From Actinomycetota bacterium (lineage in GTDB: Bacteria > Actinomycetota > Coriobacteriia > Anaerosomatales > UBA912): a DNA stretch of 59,094 nucleotides. The notes below the pieces were generated by a model, which saw only the letters and a list, made by a program, of their open reading frames with translations, had not been told where the DNA came from and made no database searches. Numbering within the stretch: the stretch's first letter is position 1; each line of letters begins with the position of its first letter. Below, piece after piece: positions 52,260-59,094 of this stretch. The translations under genes were made by a program, and so were the position numbers. The stretch lies in the NCBI GenBank assembly GCA_023488435.1, contig JAMDCK010000057.1:1-59094 (forward strand), read 5' to 3'.

Positions 52260-52456
52260 GAGGACCTCCTTCTTCGGTTGTGGCTTCGACAACCAACAAC
52301 CGACAGGAAGGGGTCCTCGCCTGTCAACAACCTATGTGGGAACTACACCTGACCCCTAACATTGAGATGCTTCCTGAGGCAACGAGAGGGGTTGACGAAT
52401 GTCGCAGGCTGTGCAATCTTCGCATGAAGAATTGAAGCGGTGGAGGGGGGAGAATC

Positions 52457-53758
52457 ATGGTACGTAGGATAGTGTTTCCACGCCAGCTGATGGGGTGGGG
52501 AGTAGTCGCACTCGTAGCGGTTGCGTGCGTGTTTGGAGCTGTCGACAGGGTAAGCGCAATTGCTTCCGAAGGTCCGAGGGATGCCGTGCAAGCAACAGTG
52601 GTCCGGTACCTTGACGCCAGGTTTCGTCGGCTTGTGACTCTGGACAGCAGTGCCGCCGTTGGGGCTGCCGTTGATCCCACAGACCAAACCGCCGTGGCTG
52701 AAGCCTGGGGCGATGTTGAAGTGGAGACTGCGCGGGAGCTGGAATCCGGCTGGGGAGACTATTCGCTGAGGACCGAGTTCGTCAACACTCGTGTCGTCGG
52801 AACTACGGCGGATGTGACCGTACGGGTTGATGTTGACTTTCACTATGCATCTTCTCCAGAGGTTGATTCCGGCATCTACAACGTGGTTCACAGGTTCAGA
52901 CTGGTGCGTAAGGCCGATGACTGGCGAATCGTGTCCATCGATAGTGACAGCGAGGAGTTCCAGCGCTTCAAGCAAGAGGTCTCTGGCAAGACCAGCAGAG
53001 GTCGGTCAGCGAGAGATGCGTCTGATATCGCCAGACGAGAACGTATATCGAATCTTCGTCAGTTCGCCGATCAGCTGCGCCCTGTGGCGGTCCAGCAGTC
53101 GACTTCGCAACATGGAGCAGATGGCTTGAGCGCTTCCTCCGTTCAGCCTCTGGCAACCGCTTTGCACTCCTACAGTGGCAGTCGCGGCAGTATCTACGCG
53201 CAAAGGTTTGCGGCCAGAGGCACCCCAAGATGGTTCTACTACGCCAGCGGTGCGAACTGCACGAACTTTGTCTCACAGTGTGTATGGGCCGCGTACGGCG
53301 GATTCGTTCCTTCCAGCGATGCCGCGAGTAGAAGCAACATCACTAATATGGTCCGGATGGTTCGGAACGTCTGGCATGGCGGCACTGGGGGTGGAATGCC
53401 GAATTGGGAGTCCGTAATGAGTTTCTGGACATACGTCACTAACTCCACCAAGACACGCGGACCTATGGCCACGGGCCACAACAACGGAGCCAGGTTCACT
53501 GGAATCAACCCCGCAGACGTTCGCGTTGGCGATGTGTTGCAGGTCCGCAACGGGAGTAGCGGCAACTACGGCCACTCAGTCTATGTTTCAGTTGTTCACG
53601 ACAATCTGATAGGCCCTATGTGGTGGGACCGCATATTCGTGTGTCAGCATTCGGCGGACATGTTGAACCGTCGCGCGGACGATTTGATTGCGAATTGGGG
53701 AGGGTCCAACTGCAACATGCGTAGGCTGGTATTCAGAGCTGGAACCTTCGACAGATAG
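52457..53758 (+). CDS. secreted/membrane-anchored protein with C-terminal putative amidase domain (Amidase_6-like)
   Basis: 433 aa with an N-terminal TM/signal. YYASGANCTNFVSQCVWAAYGG plus the later GHSVYVS fit the Cys/His papain-like 'putative amidase domain'. The central region looks NTF2-like. Confidence 0.6.
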   Translation: MVRRIVFPRQLMGWGVVALVAVACVFGAVDRVSAIASEGPRDAVQATVVRYLDARFRRLVTLDSSAAVGAAVDPTDQTAVAEAWGDVEVETARELESGWGDYSLRTEFVNTRVVGTTADVTVRVDVDFHYASSPEVDSGIYNVVHRFRLVRKADDWRIVSIDSDSEEFQRFKQEVSGKTSRGRSARDASDIARRERISNLRQFADQLRPVAVQQSTSQHGADGLSASSVQPLATALHSYSGSRGSIYAQRFAARGTPRWFYYASGANCTNFVSQCVWAAYGGFVPSSDAASRSNITNMVRMVRNVWHGGTGGGMPNWESVMSFWTYVTNSTKTRGPMATGHNNGARFTGINPADVRVGDVLQVRNGSSGNYGHSVYVSVVHDNLIGPMWWDRIFVCQHSADMLNRRADDLIANWGGSNCNMRRLVFRAGTFDR

Positions 53759-53762
53759 CGGA

Positions 53763-54305
53763 ATGGAGGATCAGGTGAGCAGCACCCGTCCATGGACACC
53801 GCTTGTGCTCGTAGCGGTCCTCGGGGTAATCCTCGTTGGCTGTACGCCACGCACGCCGGAAGCAGTGAGACTCGACGATGGGGCCACGGACTCGCGGTCC
53901 GTAGAAGAGGCCGTCGTGGTGGGTGAGCAGGACGTCGCTGCTGCCAGAAGTGTGCTCATGCGTCACCTCGACGCGCTCTCCAGTGGCGACACCGAGGTGC
54001 TGCTTGAGACTTCCGCGGAGTATACGCACTACATATTCACACAACCTTCTTGGCCCGAACAGGCGGGATCTTGGGCTCAGATGAGGGTCATCACCCTGGA
54101 GAGGCCGGGCAAGTATCTGGACGACGAAACCATGCGGCAGGTATGTCGCGATGTGTTGGGGCATGACCCCTATCAAGTAGCGGTATTCCATTTGGTTGCC
54201 GAGCGACCATTCGCCACCACCGGCGATCAAGAGATGAGTCTGGACGTCGTGATGGTGCGTCCTTCCGCTGACAGTGGCTGGTTGGTTCACGACAAGGGGC
54301 GGTAG
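53763..54305 (+). CDS. hypothetical lipoprotein (NTF2-like fold suspected)
   Basis: The ATG lies 4 nt after the upstream stop. Lipobox LGVILVGC. ARSVLMRHLDALSSGDTEVLLE is reminiscent of SnoaL/NTF2-like starts. Confidence 0.5.
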   Translation: MEDQVSSTRPWTPLVLVAVLGVILVGCTPRTPEAVRLDDGATDSRSVEEAVVVGEQDVAAARSVLMRHLDALSSGDTEVLLETSAEYTHYIFTQPSWPEQAGSWAQMRVITLERPGKYLDDETMRQVCRDVLGHDPYQVAVFHLVAERPFATTGDQEMSLDVVMVRPSADSGWLVHDKGR

Positions 54306-54336
54306 TAGCCCTGCGATGACCGTGGACTACCTGCTA

Positions 54337-55852
54337 GCGCGTAAGGTTTTGGGGGGTGCGGGCCCGGAACGGTCTTGAAGCAAGTACGGGTTTCCTTTCT
54401 ACTCTTGGTGTGTCTAATACCCGGAGAGAGAGGAAACCCGCATGCAACATGATATCGCGCTTTTGAAGTCACTTCTGGTCGGACTTTGCTTCGACCACAT
54501 CGTCAGGTACGAGGATTTCGAGAAAGCAGAGACCAGATCGCTTCAAGATGTACTCGGGATGCTTGCCGGAGCCATGTCTGAGGCCTTGGAGATCTTCGAC
54601 GAGCGGCTGTTTGTGGGCAAACTCAAGGAGTGGCGGGTCAAGGATTCGCGTCCACGAAGGGTCCTTGCCGAGTGCGGCGAGGTGAGCTTCAGACGCATCT
54701 ACGTCGATGAGTACGGTGACAGGCGCACCTATCTCGACGAGATCTTGGCACTACCGTCAAGGAAGCGCCTCTCACCAGGAGCATTCCAGGCACTTGCGCT
54801 CTTCGGTTCGGATATCCCCTACGAACGCGCTGCCAAGGTGTTGTTCCGGCACTGTGATGCCGGTGTCTCGGGTATGACGACCATGAGCGTGCTGCGAGCC
54901 ACCGGTGACCTGCTCGAAGCGCAGGCGGAGGAGCGCCGCCGCGACCTGTTCGACCTCGGACTGGCTCCCGATGCAGTAAGGGAGAGCGAGGAGATAAGGG
55001 TCGAGGCCGACGGCATCTGGGTCGCGCTGCAAAACGGCAAGGGCAAAGGCGTCGAGATCAAGGCCCTTTGCGCCTACGAAGACAAAAAGGCAGGCAAGCG
55101 CGTAGGGGTCGTGCATCATGCGCTTGTGGGGGCCCGAAGCGTTTCTGGGAAGAGGGTGTGGCACGTGTGGCGGGCCACTACTCGCTTCCCGCCTTGCAGC
55201 GCTGCTATTCGGGAAGCGACGGGGCCAAGTGGTGTGGCTCCCTTGCCGACTACATGCACGGGGTGAAGGTGATCCACAAGCTCGATCCTTGGCACGTCAA
55301 CCGCGCCATCAAGTCAGCCTGCTTGGATCCCCGTAAAGCGGCACCGTTGTTCGACCTGCTCCGTGAAAGCGATATCGATGGGCTTCTTGAAGAGCTGGAG
55401 TCACGGATCGCAAGCGGGAGTTGCGACGAGAAGAAGACAAGATCGCTTGTTGGTTACATCAGGGGCAACGGGGCCTCGATCGAGGCCGAGGCACCGAGCA
55501 TGGGCACGATGGAGGGAACCAACGCACACCTCTACGCAGCGAGGATGAAGGTGTGGGGCGGTGCCTGGTCGGCTAAGGGAGCGAGTGACATGGCACGCAT
55601 CAGGGCAGCGCTGGCATCGGGGGAGAGCCTGCCGGTGCCAGCCAGGGAGATTGCGTTCAAGGTAAAGGACAGGCGACGCCGTGAGGCCATGGCCGAGAAA
55701 CGGGAGTACGGTTCGGGCTACGAGATGGTACTCTGTGATGGAAAGGGGTACGAGCCTCCGGCTGGGCACCTATGGCCGTTCTCGACACGCCAGCAGTTCC
55801 TCGCGATGTTCCACCCCCTGAACTGAGAACAGACCCCCGAATCTTTACGCGC
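54337..55852 (+). mobile_element. ISLre2-family-like insertion sequence (about 1.5 kb)
   Basis: Imperfect terminal inverted repeats: gcgcgtaaggttttggggg (54337-) versus the reverse complement of 55830-55852 (gcgcgtaaagattcggggg), about 16/19 matches. Encloses a UPF0236/ISLre2-type transposase. Confidence 0.65.
54442..55826 (+). pseudogene. ISLre2/UPF0236-family transposase, split into two frames
   Basis: The N-part is 54442-55266 (...IRVEADGIWVALQ...VEIKALCAYEDKK). The C-part is 55068-55826 in another frame (FWEE...YSGSDGAKW...LDPWHVNRAI). The frames switch at the G5 run 55128-55132. Confidence 0.7.
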
Positions 55853-55877
55853 CCATCACCCGCTCCTCTCCGTGATG

Positions 55878-57221
55878 CCTCATAATAATTGGTACTCGAA
55901 CGACTTATTCGTTGCCTCATTATAAAGGTACTCGAAGTCAGATGCCTTCACCTCCTCTTTCCATCTCGGGTTTTTGCTTGCGTTGAGCTTGTAGAGCGCG
56001 TTTTGTAGCTTGCCTATCCTCCTCCTTAGGACCGCAGGGTTGAGTGTCTCGAACTGTCCCCTGAGCTTGTCTTTGATCGCATTGCCGATGTCATCTGAGG
56101 CCATGACGCGCCTATACGGCGTGGTCGGTTTGTCGTAACGCTTCGTGACCTTCGAGCCGTCACGGGTTTTGGAGATGAGCTTGGCGCTTGGCATGAAGAA
56201 GTTCGTGTGCAAGCGCACCAGTGCGTGGATCTCGTTCAAGACATCGAGCTCTGCTGGTGTGTCGAATCGCGCGTAACCTACGTTCTGACGCACCACAGAC
56301 CAGTTCTTCTGCTCGACGTGGCAGCCATCGTTCTTGCGATACGCACGGCTTCTCGTGAATGTCACATCCCGCGCTTCGCAGTAGCGGTAGAGATGGTCGT
56401 TTATGAATTCGATGCCATTATCCGAGTCGATTCCGAGAAGTGGGAACGGCAGGTGGGCCACGATGTCTTGAGGCGCTGCGAAGACGTGGACCTGTGCCTT
56501 GTTGCGCACGGCCCGCGTCTCTGTCCACCCCGTGGCGATATCGGTGGCATCGAGCGTGTTACAGTACTCACCTTTGGTGGAGTCTCCGCAGTGGGCAACG
56601 AGATCGATCTCGATGAAGCCAGGGCGGGCATCGCCCCACTCCGTACCTGTCCTGACCTGTATCTGGGACTTAAGCAGTGTGCCGGGCTTGGTGTTCGAGC
56701 GGCCTTTGAAGGCCGGCTTGGCTCGGTCGGGGGCAAGCATGCGGTCGATTGTCGCGCCCGACATCGTGCGGAGATTGTCGATCAAGCGCTGATCGCAAGA
56801 GAGCTCACTCTCGCGCACCAGTGCATCCAGGATGTCTGTCATACCTGCGGCCACACGTTTGCCGCATGCGAAATCCAGGCTCGCCCAGACCTTGCGAAGC
56901 GGTAACATCACCTCGGCGGTGTAGGTCTTCTTCCGTCCGCGGGTCTCCGGGCCACTTCGCTTCCTTCTCGGCCCGCGCCTGAGTGCCCGTGACGCGTAGC
57001 TCCTGTTCCAGCCCGTAAGGGCACATAGCTCGTCGAGCATTTTGGCCTTCTGTGTCTTCGATGCCTTCCGGTATCGGCGGTGCATCTCTCGCGTGATCGC
57101 CTTCTTCTCTGCCATCGTAAGCGGCATCTTTTCCGCCCTTCGCCGGTCGATCCGGCGAGGACCGGTTCGAGTACCTTTTTTCTGAGGCATCGAATCAGTT
57201 TGGAGTACTTTTATTTTGAGG
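55878..57221 (-). mobile_element. compact IS encoding an rve (integrase-core) DDE transposase
   Basis: Terminal IRs: cctcataataattggtactcgaa (55878-55900) versus the reverse complement of 57199-57221 (cctcaaaataaaagtactccaaa), about 18/23 matches with one gap. Confidence 0.6.
55880..57190 (-). CDS. DDE transposase, integrase-core (rve) type, family not assigned
   Basis: 436 aa from ATG 57190. IEIDLVAHCG (D), LGIDSDNGIEFIN (D) and RKNDGCHVEQKNWSVVR (E) form the DDE triad pattern. Basic N-terminal HTH region. Confidence 0.8.
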   Translation of the reverse strand: MPQKKGTRTGPRRIDRRRAEKMPLTMAEKKAITREMHRRYRKASKTQKAKMLDELCALTGWNRSYASRALRRGPRRKRSGPETRGRKKTYTAEVMLPLRKVWASLDFACGKRVAAGMTDILDALVRESELSCDQRLIDNLRTMSGATIDRMLAPDRAKPAFKGRSNTKPGTLLKSQIQVRTGTEWGDARPGFIEIDLVAHCGDSTKGEYCNTLDATDIATGWTETRAVRNKAQVHVFAAPQDIVAHLPFPLLGIDSDNGIEFINDHLYRYCEARDVTFTRSRAYRKNDGCHVEQKNWSVVRQNVGYARFDTPAELDVLNEIHALVRLHTNFFMPSAKLISKTRDGSKVTKRYDKPTTPYRRVMASDDIGNAIKDKLRGQFETLNPAVLRRRIGKLQNALYKLNASKNPRWKEEVKASDFEYLYNEATNKSFEYQLL

Positions 57222-58950
57222 GTTGATTGACAAAGTAAGTGCAAATATCGGGCAGTGCTGAACGTCTGCCACACTTAGTGCAAGAATCCCATGGTGAAAG
57301 ACTGTTTCTTGGCCCGCAAGATGGCCCACAGGAGCGGTTCCCCATACACCCTGCAGCCCCAGGATCTGCTTCGAGGGCATGCTTGATCAAGCCCTTGTCA
57401 CATCGTCTGCCAGACTAAGTGCAAAGGCGCGCTTCGACTTGCAATATGCCCGAGCCGTTCCGGGGAACCTTGGTGTAGGCTTTATCCGGGGTGTGATCCC
57501 CCCTTGAGGAGGCTGGGCTTGAGCACGACATCGTCTGGTGCGATGTGCTTGAGTCCCAGCCCCTCGAATATCCCTGTCGGCAGCACGTGATGCGCCAGAT
57601 CGAATGGCGATGCGCCTCCAAGCGATGCACGCGGCATCGAGTTCACGTGACTTGCCACGATTGCCGCATCCCGCATCGTGAAATTCTCAAGTGAGGTTCC
57701 CTTAGGGACGATACGGCGAAGTAGGCGGTGGCAGTTCTCGACCGAACCTTTCTGGTCAGCACGTCCGGGGTCGCAGTAGTAAAGAGCGACACGCCCGTCT
57801 CTCCCGATACGCTTATAGTCGCGAAACTCGTGTCCACGGTCGGCAAGGATGAGCTTGAAGACATCTTCGAATCGCTCGCCTGCGATGGACTCGATCATGT
57901 CGAAGGTCGCAGCCACGCACTCCTGGGTATGCTCCTCGAGCACGAAGACGAAGAGGAACGAGATCCTCTTGAGAAGCATCGTGAGGAGGACCTTCGTATC
58001 CGTGCGCACGCCTTCGACACAGTCGATCTCGACTGCGGACAGGCGTTCATCCTCAGGAAGGGCGAGGAAGTCCGCATAGCCCCGCCCGTCCGGGCAGCGA
58101 AAGCGCTCAACAGTCCGTTTGCCTTTGCGTGGCCGGTAGCGGCACTTGGCCACCAGGTCGAGGTTCTTCATGCCTCCTAGTCCCAGATCGACATAGCGGT
58201 AGAAGGTACGCTCTGAACAGGGGAACTCGCCTCGGTGTGCCGAGAAGACATGCGCTATCGACTGGCCCTTGTCCCTGATCAGCGGAACGGCCGTGGCGAT
58301 CATGTTCTCGAAGACCTCCGATGTCGTGTCGATACCACTGCGCGAATCACAAAGCCGCGAGGTCGCCAGGGCATGTGCGAGCTTGGCATCGTAGCGGTAG
58401 CGGTGCAATCGGCAGCCGTTGATCGAAGCACATCCGTTGCACACGAACGGAGCCGATTCGTTTCTTCTGTAGACGTCTGCGACGAAGTGAGGGCAGATGT
58501 TGGTGCAGCGCACCTTGCTGCAACTCGCGCAGCGCCGCCTTGTACACATGCGACAAAGTGCCTTGACCTTGCAGCTCTTATAGTGCACACACAGGCCCAC
58601 CATCCTGGTGGGCATCGTCCGGTATCCATCGTCTCTGCGGTTGCGTCTGATCTCGCGGGTGATACAGGAAACACTCCTGCCTAGGTTTCTTGCGATCGAG
58701 GTTGCGGACTCGTTCGAGTTGAGCCTCCTTTGGATCTCACAACGCTCATCGAAACTGAAGTGGTGGTAAGGACGGGGGTTCTCCGGCATCTGTATGCTCC
58801 TCTCTGCGTCGCTAAAGTCCGCCGGAGACGGGACGGTGGGCTGAAGCAGAGGATAGAACACCACAGGAATATAGGTCGCACGACAGGGGGCGAAGAGCCC
58901 TGCCAGACTAAGTGCAAGAGCATTTGCACTTACTTTGTCAATTCAGGTTC
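57222..58950 (-). mobile_element. IS30-family-like insertion sequence (about 1.73 kb)
   Basis: Perfect 21-bp inverted repeats attgacaaagtaagtgcaaat (57226-57246) / atttgcacttactttgtcaat (58922-58942). Flanked by the 10-nt direct repeats tattttgagg (57212-57221 and 58951-58960). Confidence 0.7.
57482..58789 (-). CDS. IS30-family transposase with Cys-rich insertion
   Basis: 436 aa from ATG 58789 (GAGGAG upstream). HHFSFDERCEIQRRLNSNESATSIARNLGRSVSCITREIRRN is the IS30 HTH signature. C-terminal DDE region (DRGHEF..., ENCHRLLRR). Confidence 0.85.
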   Translation of the reverse strand: MPENPRPYHHFSFDERCEIQRRLNSNESATSIARNLGRSVSCITREIRRNRRDDGYRTMPTRMVGLCVHYKSCKVKALCRMCTRRRCASCSKVRCTNICPHFVADVYRRNESAPFVCNGCASINGCRLHRYRYDAKLAHALATSRLCDSRSGIDTTSEVFENMIATAVPLIRDKGQSIAHVFSAHRGEFPCSERTFYRYVDLGLGGMKNLDLVAKCRYRPRKGKRTVERFRCPDGRGYADFLALPEDERLSAVEIDCVEGVRTDTKVLLTMLLKRISFLFVFVLEEHTQECVAATFDMIESIAGERFEDVFKLILADRGHEFRDYKRIGRDGRVALYYCDPGRADQKGSVENCHRLLRRIVPKGTSLENFTMRDAAIVASHVNSMPRASLGGASPFDLAHHVLPTGIFEGLGLKHIAPDDVVLKPSLLKGGSHPG

Positions 58951-59094
58951 TATTTTGAGGCAACGCGCTCCCTTCACATCGGCAGAGCGTTGCCGTATCA
59001 TTCCGGAATCTTCAAGGACGCTCTACGGACAGTCCGGTCATGGGCAATCGGGCAGAAAACGGAGGCATCGCATGTCAGCCATCGCACGCGAGAT

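Noticed and set aside
55891-57175. ggtactcgaa (55891, 55927) and its complement ttcgagtacc (57166) as extra inverted repeats of the rve-type IS.
   Set aside because: Two of the three copies lie inside the transposase coding sequence, and the 10-mers are short. The better-supported terminal IRs are 55878-55900 and 57199-57221.
59072-59094. ATG-initiated ORF (MSAIARE...) running off the right edge.
   Set aside because: Only 7 codons are visible, which is too short to support any call.

Overview
High-GC, Gram-positive (Actinomycetota-like) chromosomal window. All protein calls come from motif recognition by eye on the supplied ORF track. No database search was possible.

Backbone genes, in order:
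- glnA 3' end, larE, and a PduO-type adenosyltransferase.
- uvrA, a hypothetical gene, and uvrC.
- The conserved actinobacterial block rapZ-yvcK-whiA-gap-pgk-tpiA-(gpmI)-secG.
- Two surface proteins carrying cell-wall-binding-repeat-2 (CWB2) triplets, one of them a 1631-aa S8 subtilase.
- An RlpA-like protein and an aminotransferase-ddl pair.
- A hoxEFUYH-hoxW NAD-linked [NiFe]-hydrogenase operon and an ABC-2 exporter.
- Assorted enzymes: YbaK-like deacylase, polysaccharide deacetylase, MTHFS, a HAD hydrolase, two GNATs and a PRTase.
- tRNA-Arg(CCT), followed by a degraded islet that ends in three abutting IS elements (ISLre2-like, rve-type, IS30-like).

Non-routine signals:
1. A perfect LexA/Cheo box sits in the spacer of a near-consensus promoter. 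It drives a DUF1016-type PDDEXK nuclease, a small protein and a DnaE2-like polymerase, with no imuA/imuB in the window.
2. The nuclease gene is bracketed by a 49-nt direct repeat that duplicates the start region of the downstream gene.
3. A lower-GC two-gene module splits the normally contiguous uvrC-rapZ junction. It encodes a polytopic membrane protein and an RseP-like PDZ protein whose HExxH motif is degenerate (HLIGQ).
4. There are two perfect tandem duplications: 615 bp covering the 3' end of a CWB2 gene plus its terminator, and 357 bp in-frame inside the ABC ATPase.
5. A stand-alone PAS mini-gene is flanked by 44-nt near-identical repeats that copy the 3' end of the ABC permease.

No CRISPR array, rRNA gene or recognisable canonical defence operon was seen.
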